A DNA stretch of 42,143 bases, taken from positions 1 through 42,143 of IMG/VR virus record IMGVR_UViG_3300038974_000891. One strand, written 5' to 3'. The position numbers were made by a program, and so were the translations under genes. Shown here one piece after another: positions 27,128-37,048 of the stretch. Within the stretch, counting starts at the first letter, position 1, and each line of letters opens with the position of its first letter. Below the pieces are notes generated by a model. It had not been told where the DNA came from. It saw nothing but the letters and a program-made list of their open reading frames with translations, and did no database searches. Source of the stretch: a virus. Its lineage: Duplodnaviria; Caudoviricetes.

Positions 27128-28141
27128 ATGCCCACTATATTAGATGTATTCAACAGTAATGCTTATAGCACACAATCTATGACGACGGCAATGAACCTTA
27201 TCCCGACACAGTATGGTTTAATTAACCAAATGGGCTTATTTAAAGATAAAGGAATCACTACCACATCCGTCGCCGTAGAAAAAAAACAGGGAAAATTAGT
27301 TATTTTAAGTCAGACTCAAAGAGGCGGACCTGCTTTAGAAAATACCAAAAGCAAACGGGAAATGGTTAGTTTGATGATTCCAAACTTCAGCCTCCATGAT
27401 AAAATACTGGCCGATGATGTACAAGGTGTTCGTAAGTTCGGCACCGAAACTGAAACCGAGACCGTACAAGAGAAAGTTACGGAAAGCTTAGCTAATATGA
27501 AAGCTAACCACGAAATCACCCTGGAATATATGAGAATGGGAGCTTTGCAAGGTCAAGTAGTGGATGGCGATGGCAATACCGTTGTTAACCTGTTGACAAC
27601 TTTTAATATCCGTCAACATACTCAGCATTTCCAAGTATCGCAAAGTTCAACTGAAATCGGTGGAGTTCTGCGTAATGTCAAGCGTTATACGGAACAACAC
27701 TTACAGGGTGAAACAATGACTTCGTTGCTTTGCTTGTGCTCAGGTTCTTTCTTTGAAGCACTGGTAAAGCACTCAAGTATAAAAGAAGCCTACCATGCCT
27801 ATCAAGGAGCTTCGCCCTACCGCGACGACCAACGATATGACTTTGTTTTTCAAGGTATACATTTCAAAGAATATGAAGGGTTCGCCACTAATGCGGCAGG
27901 TTCAACCGTACGTTTTATCCCTGATGGTAAAGCTATCTTCTTGCCTCTCGGCACTCGTAATGCTTTTGAAACAGTGTATGCCCCTGCGGATTATATAGAA
28001 ACGGTTAATACTATGGGTCAACCTTTCTACGCGAAGCAGCATGAAGATGACTTTGGTAAAGGTATTGAAATTGAAACACAAACCAATCCTTTGCCGATAA
28101 ATAAACGTCCGGATTTAATCACTATTGCGGATTTAACATAA
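27128..28141 (+). CDS. Major capsid protein (gpE family)
   Basis: DDVQGVRKFG, TLEYMRMGALQG, APADYIETVNTMG, QTNPLP. Confidence 0.9.
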   Translation: MPTILDVFNSNAYSTQSMTTAMNLIPTQYGLINQMGLFKDKGITTTSVAVEKKQGKLVILSQTQRGGPALENTKSKREMVSLMIPNFSLHDKILADDVQGVRKFGTETETETVQEKVTESLANMKANHEITLEYMRMGALQGQVVDGDGNTVVNLLTTFNIRQHTQHFQVSQSSTEIGGVLRNVKRYTEQHLQGETMTSLLCLCSGSFFEALVKHSSIKEAYHAYQGASPYRDDQRYDFVFQGIHFKEYEGFATNAAGSTVRFIPDGKAIFLPLGTRNAFETVYAPADYIETVNTMGQPFYAKQHEDDFGKGIEIETQTNPLPINKRPDLITIADLT

Positions 28142-28148
28142 CCTCCTT

Positions 28149-28178
28149 GGCGGGGTTTAGCACTGCCCCGCCGTTTTT
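28149..28178 (+). terminator. Intrinsic terminator after capsid gene
   Basis: GGCGGGG/CCCCGCC stem followed by GTTTTT. Confidence 0.8.
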
Positions 28179-28187
28179 GGTGTAAAA

Positions 28188-28535
28188 ATGGCTGAATTTA
28201 ATGATGATATAAACCTTTGTATGGATTGTTGCCTTGATTATTTCGGCGACGAAGTGATTTTTATACCCACAGACAGCGAAGAAGAATACACTTTAACCGC
28301 AATTCTTGATGAAAATGTTGATGTGGTTGATACTTCGGGTGAAGTCCCCGTTGAGACGCCTATGCCGGTATTAAGTGTTAAACTTGCTGATTTTGATAGC
28401 ATGGGAATAAGAAGACCGGAACAAGACGATAAGTTTATTGTTAAAGGCAAGCTATATACCGTAACCAGACAACCGGAAGACGGTTGGAGTGAAAGCCGAA
28501 TAGTTTTGTTTTGTGAGGGCGATTATGTTGGCTAG
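28188..28535 (+). CDS. Head-tail joining/closure protein
   Basis: Acidic, 115 aa; FGDEV, P...D.F.V.G..Y.V...DG; synteny. Confidence 0.65.
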   Translation: MAEFNDDINLCMDCCLDYFGDEVIFIPTDSEEEYTLTAILDENVDVVDTSGEVPVETPMPVLSVKLADFDSMGIRRPEQDDKFIVKGKLYTVTRQPEDGWSESRIVLFCEGDYVG

Positions 28536-29082
28536 GCAAGAAATCAGAGAAACTATTGTAGCAACACTTCAATCATCTGCAAGTGTAACAAACCTTGTAG
28601 GCAATAAAATATATAACAGCAAAATGACTCCGTTTGAAGGTAAAGTATTGCCTGCAATTAACGTTGTAACTCAAAGACAAAATGCAACGGCTCGCAGTCT
28701 TAATGTTATGTCCTTTGACTGTTCTCTTGAAATTAATGTTGAGATTTATGTATCTCCACGTGAAAACTGGGTAACTAAAGCGGATGAGATTGCTGAAGCT
28801 GTTGAAAATACTCTTATGAGTAATACCGAATTTATAGGTCTGTTTTCAAAAGCAGATAACTTTAATGTCAATTACAGTATGTACGATCAGGGAGCTATGC
28901 CTATCGTGGTAGAAGTACTTTCATTTACTCTGACCTATTTCGAAGAATATCCGATAAAGGAAGATAACGACTTATCAAAGGTACATATTGATGTTGATGT
29001 AATAGATCCAGTCGCCAATCCTTCTCCCGGTCCTGACAGCAGAATAGAATTTCAGATAGATGTTAACAATAAAGGAGAATAA
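28525..29082 (+). CDS. Tail terminator/completion protein
   Basis: RQEIR.., LPAINV, DEIAEAVE; synteny before sheath. Confidence 0.6.
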   Translation: MLARQEIRETIVATLQSSASVTNLVGNKIYNSKMTPFEGKVLPAINVVTQRQNATARSLNVMSFDCSLEINVEIYVSPRENWVTKADEIAEAVENTLMSNTEFIGLFSKADNFNVNYSMYDQGAMPIVVEVLSFTLTYFEEYPIKEDNDLSKVHIDVDVIDPVANPSPGPDSRIEFQIDVNNKGE

Positions 29083-29086
29083 AAAA

Positions 29087-29377
29087 ATGTGGGTAAAACC
29101 AAATCCAAATAAAAAAGTCAATGAAGTGTATCTAAAGGTTTATGATCCCGTACATCGTGATTTTTTACCGGAAGATGGACGTGATGTCCCAGGCAATACA
29201 TATTGGATCCGCCGCTTACAGGAAAAAGATATCATCAGATCGGAAAAGACCTTTAAAAAGATCGCAGAACAGCCCAAAAAACAGAAAAAAGCCGGCACAA
29301 ACACGCCCAAAGGCAACAAAAAGACAAAAATAACTACTACCCAAGATGGCGAAATTAACACTAAAGAAATGGAGTAA
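29087..29377 (+). CDS. DUF2635-like Mu-type tail protein
   Basis: VYDP...LPEDGRDV...YWIRRLQEKD. Confidence 0.8.
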   Translation: MWVKPNPNKKVNEVYLKVYDPVHRDFLPEDGRDVPGNTYWIRRLQEKDIIRSEKTFKKIAEQPKKQKKAGTNTPKGNKKTKITTTQDGEINTKEME

Positions 29378-29380
29378 ATA

Positions 29381-30856
29381 ATGCCTGTATCATTTAACAA
29401 CATACCTAACACGATAAGATCACCTTTATTTTATGCCGAAATGGATAATAGTAAAGCCGGAAGTTTTACTGCTACATATCGCACTTTGCTAATTGGACAA
29501 ATGCTGAGTTCAGGCTCTGCCGATGCAAATACACCGATATATATTTCATCAGTTGCTGGAGCGATAAACAAATGCGGTGCCGGTTCACAGTTAGCACAAA
29601 TGGCTGAAGCCTATTTTAATAATAATTCTTCGGTAGAATGTTATATACTACCAATAGCTGATCCAGAGGCGGGGATCGCTGCGACGGGACAAATAACTGT
29701 TACCGGTACGGCAACTGCAGCAGGCACGATTTATTTATATATTTATAACGCCCTCATACAAATCAACGTGGCCAAAGATGATACTGCCTCCACTATTGCA
29801 ACATCTATTGCTTCCGCTGTTACTGCTTATACAGAATTACCGGTTTCTGCTTCGGCTTCTTCAGAGACTGTTACCTTGACGGCAAAACACAAAGGTATTA
29901 TCGGTAATGATATACAGATTGCCCTTAACTTAGGAGGTGACGCCAATGGAGAAGCTACCCCCGCCGGAATAACTCTTGCCATTACGGCTATGGCAAGCGG
30001 AACCGGTGTTCCGGATATTTCAGATGCGATAGCCAATATCGGAGATGAACAGTTTGACTTTGTCGTTAGCGGATTTACAGCAAACTCCGTTCTAAATGCC
30101 TTGACTTCGTATATGAACGATACAACCGGAAACTGGTCATACAGCAAACAGTTATATGGACATATATGGACAGCATTACGCGGAAGCGTCGCCGAATGTC
30201 AAACATTCGGAGCAAGTTATAATAATCAGCATCTGTCCGTTATGGGAATTAAGGGTACAAGCTCTCCGATATGGTGTGTTGCCGCCGCCTTAACCGGTTC
30301 GGCAGCCACATCCATTGCCGCCGATCCCGCACGCCCTCTGCAGACACTACCTCTGAACAGTATTTCTGCACCAAAGGTGTCTGACCGTTTTATATTTACA
30401 GAAAGAGAATCTTTGTTACAAAACGGTATCTCTACATACACCGTTAATTCAGGGAGGGTACAAATCAGTCGTGTTATTACTACATATCAAACAAACACAT
30501 ACGGTCAAGTCGATAATTCATATTTAAGCGTAGAAACATTATATCAGTCAGCTTATATTCTGCGTTATTTAAGGAATATAATCACCTCTAAATACGGACG
30601 TCATAAACTGGCAAAAGACGGCACACGTTTCGGCGAAGGACAGGCTATAGTAACACCGAAAGTTCTGAAAGCAGAGCTTATAACGGCATATGATGCCTTA
30701 GCATTTGAAGGAATAGTAGAAGATATTGAAGCCTTTAAGAAAAATTTGATTGTAGAAATTAACGCTAATGATAAAAACAGGGCGGATATTCTGTTCACGC
30801 CTGATTATGTCAATCAGCTTAATATATTTGCACTTGTTAACCAATTCCGTTTGTAA
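29381..30856 (+). CDS. Tail sheath protein (Mu gpL-like)
   Basis: SFNNIP..IRSPLFYAEMDNS, DPARPLQTL, ITTYQ, RHKLA. Confidence 0.93.
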   Translation: MPVSFNNIPNTIRSPLFYAEMDNSKAGSFTATYRTLLIGQMLSSGSADANTPIYISSVAGAINKCGAGSQLAQMAEAYFNNNSSVECYILPIADPEAGIAATGQITVTGTATAAGTIYLYIYNALIQINVAKDDTASTIATSIASAVTAYTELPVSASASSETVTLTAKHKGIIGNDIQIALNLGGDANGEATPAGITLAITAMASGTGVPDISDAIANIGDEQFDFVVSGFTANSVLNALTSYMNDTTGNWSYSKQLYGHIWTALRGSVAECQTFGASYNNQHLSVMGIKGTSSPIWCVAAALTGSAATSIAADPARPLQTLPLNSISAPKVSDRFIFTERESLLQNGISTYTVNSGRVQISRVITTYQTNTYGQVDNSYLSVETLYQSAYILRYLRNIITSKYGRHKLAKDGTRFGEGQAIVTPKVLKAELITAYDALAFEGIVEDIEAFKKNLIVEINANDKNRADILFTPDYVNQLNIFALVNQFRL

Positions 30857-30867
30857 GGGGAAAGAAA

Positions 30868-31227
30868 ATGAAAGCTATAGGTGGAACAGCGTATTTAAAA
30901 ATTGATGGGGACCAAAAAACTCTTGCCGGAAGCTGGTCTGTATCGCCGACTGCAACCATAAAGACTGGCGTCGTTGGTTTAAGCGGTGTAGCCGGATATA
31001 CCGATGCGGCACGTATACCGTATATGGAAGGCAGTCTTATAGATAACGGAAATCTTAGTATTGCCGATTTAGAAGCAATCACTTCTGCCACAATAACCCT
31101 TGAACTCGTAAACGGTAAGACCTATGTCGGTTATGAAATGTTCCTGGCCGGAGAACCCTCACATGATGCTTCAAACGGAGAGGTCTCCGTTCGCTTTGAA
31201 GGCAAAAAAATTGAGGAAATGAGTTAA
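30868..31227 (+). CDS. Tail tube protein
   Basis: GGTAYLKIDG, ITLELVNGKTY, VRFEG. Confidence 0.88.
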   Translation: MKAIGGTAYLKIDGDQKTLAGSWSVSPTATIKTGVVGLSGVAGYTDAARIPYMEGSLIDNGNLSIADLEAITSATITLELVNGKTYVGYEMFLAGEPSHDASNGEVSVRFEGKKIEEMS

Positions 31228-31301
31228 TACCTACTCACAGGAGTAGTGGGAGGGTAAAGCTGAAAATAAGCCCTCCCCATAAGGAATAAAGGAAATTAAA
31301 A

Positions 31302-31598
31302 ATGCTAGTCAAAATAGAACTTACAAAACCCATAGAGAGTGAAGGTCAAGAAATCCATTGTTTGGAATTCAGGGAACCTACTTGCGACGATATCATCGTA
31401 TGCGGTTATCCTTTCATTCTCTCGGTAGGATCTGCAACAGATGCTGATAGTGTCGGCGAACAAAATTTAAAATTTGATACTTCCGCCATAGCCAAAATAG
31501 CTTCACGTCTTGCCGGTGTACCAAAAAGTACAATTAAAAAATTAAGTATTACTGATTTTCAAAAAGTAGTGGATACAATATCCGGTTTTTTCGCATAA
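31302..31598 (+). CDS. Tail assembly chaperone
   Basis: LTKPI...LEFREPT..D; ends GFFA; precedes tape measure. Confidence 0.85.
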   Translation: MLVKIELTKPIESEGQEIHCLEFREPTCDDIIVCGYPFILSVGSATDADSVGEQNLKFDTSAIAKIASRLAGVPKSTIKKLSITDFQKVVDTISGFFA

Positions 31599-31768
31599 TC
31601 AAATTCGGCGAGATTGGGTATAGGGAAAGAATCGGTGATTTAATCCAAGTATATCATATCTCTCCGACAGAACTGTTCAATATGACTTTGAGTCGCATAG
31701 ATTGGCTTTACGAATTAATGGTAGAAACAAGCAACAGATTTAACAAAGAAAGCAGTACAAATGGCTAA
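31586..31768 (+). CDS. -1 frameshift extension of tail chaperone
   Basis: T TTT TTC slippery heptamer at 31586-92; -1 frame open: RIIKFGE...DLIQVYHISPTELFNMTLSRIDWL...NG*. Confidence 0.8.
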   Translation, partial: FFRIIKFGEIGYRERIGDLIQVYHISPTELFNMTLSRIDWLYELMVETSNRFNKESSTNG

Positions 31769-33632
31769 AAAAGCAAAAACAACCATAGAAATCCGAGCCG
31801 AAGATAAAGCAACCAAAGGTATAGAGAAAATCGCCGGTTCTTTCAAACAATTAAGGGGAGCTTTTTTTACTACAGGTAAGCATCTTAATAATTTAACTAA
31901 CAGCTTAGCTAAAATTGCTGCACCACTCGGCATCGCTTCCGGAGCAATAATAAAAAGTTTTACCGGCGGCATAAAAAATGCCAAAGATTATGCCAACACT
32001 ATCGCAGATCTTTCCGAAAGATTGGGTGTAAATGCGAAATTTTTACAAGAGCAACAATACTTATCTAAAATGAATGCCGGCTCGGCGGAAGAAATGAATT
32101 CTGCCCTCTCTAACCTATCTAAACAATACGGTGCTCTAAAAAGCGGCACGGGAAAATTATTTGCAACATTGGAAAAATTTGCACCAGCAGTTTTAAAGCA
32201 AATGCAATCCGCCAAAAGTACTGAAGAAGCATATAATATTATCATTCGCTCAATTCGTAAACTAGAAGACCCCTCCAAAAAGCTATATCTCGCTCAACTC
32301 GCCTTTGGAGATTCCGGAAAAGCAATGGTTCATATAGCAAATCAATCAGAAGAATCCCTGGAAGATTTAAAAAAAGAAGCAAATGAAGCCGGTTCGATAA
32401 TGAGTAACGAAACCGTCAAAGCTGCTCAAGACTTAGGCGATAAAATCGTGCAGCTACGAACACACATTAACAGCATATTTGCAACTATAATGTCAAAATT
32501 GCTGCCTGTGGTAACACCTTTGGTCAAACGTATAACGGAATGGATAAAAGCAAACAAAGCACTTATTAACACTAAAATTGATGCCTTTGTAAAACAATTT
32601 ACGGAGCTGATAAGTAAAATAGATCCGGAAACGATATTAAATATAGCCTCATCATTAGCCACCGGATTTCTGAATGTTACAAACATAATTGCAGGAATGA
32701 ATAAGTATGTTTTGCTCGCTGGAATCCTATTAGGTTCAGGTTTTGTTTGCAATGCCTTTAAAGCTATCGGGGCTATTTATAACTTGGGAAAAGTTTTCGC
32801 GACGTTCATTGCATCTTTTAAAAGTTTTGCGGCTATACAAGGTGTCATAACCACTTTAAAAATATTTGGTATTCAAACATTGGTTGCCACTAAAGCTCTG
32901 ATATCATTTTGCGTTATAGCCGAAGGAAAACTACTGGCAACCTTAAAGGCAATGTCCGCCAGTATTCTTAAATTTGGTATAACCTTAATGTCCACCCCCG
33001 TTGGTTGGTTTATCGCTGCTATAACTGCCATTGCCGGAACAGCCTATTTAATTTATAGGAATTGGGATAAAATATCGGTATTTTTCAGTAGCGTTTGGAT
33101 AAATATTAAATCTATACTTAAAGTATCTCAAGAATATATCAAATCCTTTGCCGAAGGATTTACCTCTCCGTTTATCGCTATCGGTAAAGTTTTAGCCAAT
33201 CTCCAGATAAGGTGGTCTAAAATATGGGAAAATATTAAAAAAGCTTTCGCTGCTCCAATAGATTTTATTATTTCAAAAATAAACTTTGTTTTAAATTCAA
33301 TATCATCTTTTGATGAAATAATCAATAAGTTTAAGTCAGCAGGCGATTGGCTTAAAAACAAATTGTATTTTGGAAACGATAACGCAGAAGACATTGAAAA
33401 TAATGAATGGGAAAACCGTAATCCGTGGAATACCGGCAATAACGCCTCCTTACAAGCACCACAATCAACTTTGCAACAATATTATAATTACAATATGCAA
33501 GCAAACAAGTCTAAGTCTGAGGTGATTGTAAAATTTGAAAATATGCCGAAAGAAGCAAGTGTAGAAAAAATCAGCCACGAAGGCAAGACTGATTTAGGTG
33601 TTGAATACGGGTATGCTTTGGGGAGTTTTTAA
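31761..33632 (+). CDS. Tape measure protein
   Basis: IRAEDKAT start; helical Ala/Lys-rich; hydrophobic middle; IYRNWDKI. Confidence 0.88.
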   Translation: MAKKAKTTIEIRAEDKATKGIEKIAGSFKQLRGAFFTTGKHLNNLTNSLAKIAAPLGIASGAIIKSFTGGIKNAKDYANTIADLSERLGVNAKFLQEQQYLSKMNAGSAEEMNSALSNLSKQYGALKSGTGKLFATLEKFAPAVLKQMQSAKSTEEAYNIIIRSIRKLEDPSKKLYLAQLAFGDSGKAMVHIANQSEESLEDLKKEANEAGSIMSNETVKAAQDLGDKIVQLRTHINSIFATIMSKLLPVVTPLVKRITEWIKANKALINTKIDAFVKQFTELISKIDPETILNIASSLATGFLNVTNIIAGMNKYVLLAGILLGSGFVCNAFKAIGAIYNLGKVFATFIASFKSFAAIQGVITTLKIFGIQTLVATKALISFCVIAEGKLLATLKAMSASILKFGITLMSTPVGWFIAAITAIAGTAYLIYRNWDKISVFFSSVWINIKSILKVSQEYIKSFAEGFTSPFIAIGKVLANLQIRWSKIWENIKKAFAAPIDFIISKINFVLNSISSFDEIINKFKSAGDWLKNKLYFGNDNAEDIENNEWENRNPWNTGNNASLQAPQSTLQQYYNYNMQANKSKSEVIVKFENMPKEASVEKISHEGKTDLGVEYGYALGSF

Positions 33633-34846
33633 TGGAATATAGGTCGGCATCATTTCGAGGCATTGAATTTAAAATCAGCGGTAACAGAAATTGGACAAGC
33701 GGTCGCCGTTTACAAATTCATGAATATCCAAACCGGGATATACCTTATGCGGAAGACTTAGGAAAGAAATCAGAGAGCTATTCAATAAAAGCCTTCGTCA
33801 TAGGAGAAGATTATCGCGTTAAACGTGATGAATTACGCAAAGCCTGCTTAGATGGTGGCATCGGGACACTTATTCATCCCGATTACGGAAGTATTGAAGT
33901 AAGATGTGATAGTATCAGTGTTAACGAAAACTCTGAACAAAGAGGCATGGCTGTATTTGACTTAGTATTTATAGAAGCAGGAGAAAAAGCCGTACCCGTT
34001 ATATCTTCAGACCTATCGTCTTCTGTTATTGGCTCCGCAGAAAAATTATTATCAGCCACAATGAAAGATTTTTCAAAAAATTTTGCACGACCTGCAAGGG
34101 CAGAAGAAATAACAAAACTTACAGAAAATATATCGGACAATTTTTTAACTATACTGAATAACATAAGTACGGGATTCGATTACGATACAAAATCAAAACA
34201 GGATACGGTATCTATAATGAACAAAATCACGGACACCATATCCCTCGCTAATCAACTAAAAAATAATGCCGATAATTTATTGAACACTCCATCTGAATTG
34301 GTGCTACAACTCAATACTGTTATGTCCGTCATACAATCTTTAGTCGACAACCAAGTTGAAGCTTTCAGAACAATTCGTAATCTGAATATAAACACTAAGG
34401 CTTCAGAAAAAATAAGCAACAGTGATGTTGATGAAAAATATCGTACTCAACAATTAGAACAAATGACAAAACAAATAGCTATTACAAAAGAAGCTGAAAC
34501 TATCCCGAACATTGTTTATAATAATGCGGATGAGGCCAAGTCTACACTTGAGAGTTTTCTTACAGATGTAGAAGAAATAGAATTGTTTGAAGATATTGAA
34601 CCTTCCAATGAAATTTTACAATATCTGAAGGAAATTAAAGAAACCGTTATTAAGTACATAAGAGAAATGATACTTAGATTACCTCACATAAAGGAAGTCA
34701 AACTAACCGATAAAACCCCTTCGTTAGTATTAGCATACGATTTGTATCAAGATTTAAGCAGAGCGGATGAAATATGTAAAAGAAATAAAATTCAATACCC
34801 TGCTTTTATTCCTGCCAACAAGGAATTGAAAGTACTGACAGAATGA
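33632..34846 (+). CDS. DNA circularization protein (Mu gpN-like)
   Basis: ASFRGIEF, GRR...HEYP.RD.PY.EDLG, GTLIHP, PSLVLAYDLY. Confidence 0.9.
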   Translation: MEYRSASFRGIEFKISGNRNWTSGRRLQIHEYPNRDIPYAEDLGKKSESYSIKAFVIGEDYRVKRDELRKACLDGGIGTLIHPDYGSIEVRCDSISVNENSEQRGMAVFDLVFIEAGEKAVPVISSDLSSSVIGSAEKLLSATMKDFSKNFARPARAEEITKLTENISDNFLTILNNISTGFDYDTKSKQDTVSIMNKITDTISLANQLKNNADNLLNTPSELVLQLNTVMSVIQSLVDNQVEAFRTIRNLNINTKASEKISNSDVDEKYRTQQLEQMTKQIAITKEAETIPNIVYNNADEAKSTLESFLTDVEEIELFEDIEPSNEILQYLKEIKETVIKYIREMILRLPHIKEVKLTDKTPSLVLAYDLYQDLSRADEICKRNKIQYPAFIPANKELKVLTE

Positions 34847-35910
34847 TTGAATTAAAAATAAATGGACAAATATATGCCGGCTGGAAAACAGCAAGTGTTT
34901 TACGCGGCTTGAATTGCATTGCTTCCTCATTTGATTTAACTGTTTCGGATAGATTCATAGGCTCTAAGAATAATATACCTCTTGACGCACCTTGTCAGAT
35001 AATTAGTGATGGAATCCCTGTCATTACAGGTTATTTAGACGAAATATCACCCACATACACTTCGTCAAAACATGAAGTAACTTTTTCCGGGCGTTCAAAA
35101 ACTTGCGATTTGGTTGATTGTTCCGCAATCATAGACAATGGCCAAATCATTGGTGGAACCCCACAAGAAATTATCAGAAGTGTAATTAAGCCTTTTGATA
35201 TAAATTTAATTTTCTCATCCTCAAAGCCAATATTATCTATCCCAGATTTTCAGGTGGAACCGGGCGAGACAGCTCAAAGCATTATTGATAAGGTTTGCAA
35301 ACAAACCGGTCTCATTTATACGGATGATGGATACGGCAATCTGGTAATTCAATCTATTGGAAAAGGTCTATCTGTCGGCAAGCTGATACATAAAGCCGAA
35401 AGTAACAAAAATAATGTATTGAGTGGACGAGGAGCATACAGCACGCGGGACCGATTTAGAGACTATTATGTAAAATCACAAATGGCAGGTACGGACGAAC
35501 TTGGCAGCGAGGATATAACCATCGTTGAAGGACATGCTATAGATAATGATGTGTTACGTTATCGCCCCCTCATTTTAACGGGTGAAACCGCTATGGATAA
35601 TGGCGTAGCACAAACCAGGGCTGAATGGGAACGTTCCAATCGTCAAGGGAAGAGCAAATCCTTTGAATATGTCGTATCCGGTTGGCAAAATGCAAATGGT
35701 TCTATATGGTCTCCGAATTCATACATAGAATTAGAGGATGATTTTATTCATATAAGCGGACAACTTATCATATCTGCCGTCAAATTTTTAACTGGAAACA
35801 AAACCACGACTAATTTGCAAATATCCCCTCCGGAAGCATATATGTTGTCAAGCATGAATCAAGCTGTCAAAACATATCAGTGTTGGAAAGAATTGAAGGA
35901 TGGTGTGTAA
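34843..35910 (+). CDS. Baseplate hub (Mu gpP-like)
   Basis: YAGW, SGRSKTCDLVDCS, EPGET, RAEWE. Confidence 0.9.
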   Translation: MIELKINGQIYAGWKTASVLRGLNCIASSFDLTVSDRFIGSKNNIPLDAPCQIISDGIPVITGYLDEISPTYTSSKHEVTFSGRSKTCDLVDCSAIIDNGQIIGGTPQEIIRSVIKPFDINLIFSSSKPILSIPDFQVEPGETAQSIIDKVCKQTGLIYTDDGYGNLVIQSIGKGLSVGKLIHKAESNKNNVLSGRGAYSTRDRFRDYYVKSQMAGTDELGSEDITIVEGHAIDNDVLRYRPLILTGETAMDNGVAQTRAEWERSNRQGKSKSFEYVVSGWQNANGSIWSPNSYIELEDDFIHISGQLIISAVKFLTGNKTTTNLQISPPEAYMLSSMNQAVKTYQCWKELKDGV

Positions 35911-36518
35911 TGAATATAACGGATCAATTAAACAGATTTTTAAAACCGTTAACTATTCGCCTCCGTAATATGGTCGTACGTGGGGTCATCAGATTAGTAT
36001 ACGATAACAATAAGGTTCAAAAGATTCAGGCTTCTTTGCTAGCAGGAGAATTAAAAGACGGCATTGAACATTATCAAGAATATGGTTTCACCTCTAATCC
36101 ACCGACCGGCTTGGAAACTTTGGTAGTATTCTGCGGTGGGGACAGGTCCAACGGAGTTGTTGTCGCAGTAGGCGATAGAAAATTTCGCTTAAAAGACTTA
36201 CAATCCGGTGAAGTAGCCCTTTACACCGATGAGGGGGATTATCTGAAATTTGCTCGCAATCATACAATTAAAGTTTCAACCCTTAACTTGGAAGTTAATG
36301 CTACACAAGCTATAACCTATAATACTAAGCAGTTTAACATCAAGGCCACTACCGGAGTAAACATCAAAACTCCTAAGGTTACGGCTTCTCAAGATATCTC
36401 GGCTGAAGGTAATATCAACGATAATCTCGGTACAATGCAATCCATCAGGAATATATATAATAACCATATTCATCAAGGCGTACATGGTATGACAAGTATT
36501 CCCAATCAACAATTATAA
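35910..36518 (+). CDS. Baseplate spike (Mu gp45-like)
   Basis: QEYGFTSNP, GGDRSNG, GEVALY, C-terminal HxH. Confidence 0.9.
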   Translation: MNITDQLNRFLKPLTIRLRNMVVRGVIRLVYDNNKVQKIQASLLAGELKDGIEHYQEYGFTSNPPTGLETLVVFCGGDRSNGVVVAVGDRKFRLKDLQSGEVALYTDEGDYLKFARNHTIKVSTLNLEVNATQAITYNTKQFNIKATTGVNIKTPKVTASQDISAEGNINDNLGTMQSIRNIYNNHIHQGVHGMTSIPNQQL

Positions 36519-36553
36519 AAAAATTTTTTGAATCTGTGATTCGCCGTTTTGTA
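36518..36553 (+). promoter_or_regulatory. Late-gene motif, copy 3
   Basis: 36-bp identity with 25655-25690. Confidence 0.65.
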
Positions 36554-36593
36554 TCATTACTGTAGGGAGTATTAAATTTGTAGAGCACAAATT

Positions 36594-37037
36594 ATGACTG
36601 ATGTATCATTAAATTTTAACAATAATTTTTATGAATATGATATAGGCATCAATAAAGGGGATTTACAACTCGGCAATGACCTTGAAACTGCCGTAATTAT
36701 AAGTCTTTTCACTTGGGCAAGAGCCAAAGTTGAAGAAATAGATGAAGATTCACCCCTTTACGGTTGGTGGGGAGATAAAATAGACGAAGACAGCACAGAT
36801 AATACGGGCTCAAAACTTTACTTATTGAAAAGAAAAAAAATTACTTCAGAAACTATTTATTTAGCTAAGGAATATATAGAACAAGCCCTGCAATGGATGA
36901 TTACGGATAATGTAGCTACGGAAATATCGGTAACCGTTGAACGTAACGGACAAAATCGTGTTGATGCTTTGGTTGTTATAATAAAAGGTGAAAGAACTAA
37001 AACAATGAAATTCAATGATTTATGGTCTTTTTTGTAG
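36594..37037 (+). CDS. Baseplate wedge protein (Mu gp46-like)
   Basis: LETAVIISLFT, GWWGD, GSKLYLL. Confidence 0.9.
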   Translation: MTDVSLNFNNNFYEYDIGINKGDLQLGNDLETAVIISLFTWARAKVEEIDEDSPLYGWWGDKIDEDSTDNTGSKLYLLKRKKITSETIYLAKEYIEQALQWMITDNVATEISVTVERNGQNRVDALVVIIKGERTKTMKFNDLWSFL

Positions 37038-37048
37038 GGAAATAAGCT

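Noticed and set aside
31230-31278. Two hairpins after the tail tube gene as an ncRNA
   Set aside because: Short stems without a U tract or a second copy; most simply mRNA-stabilising or attenuating structures
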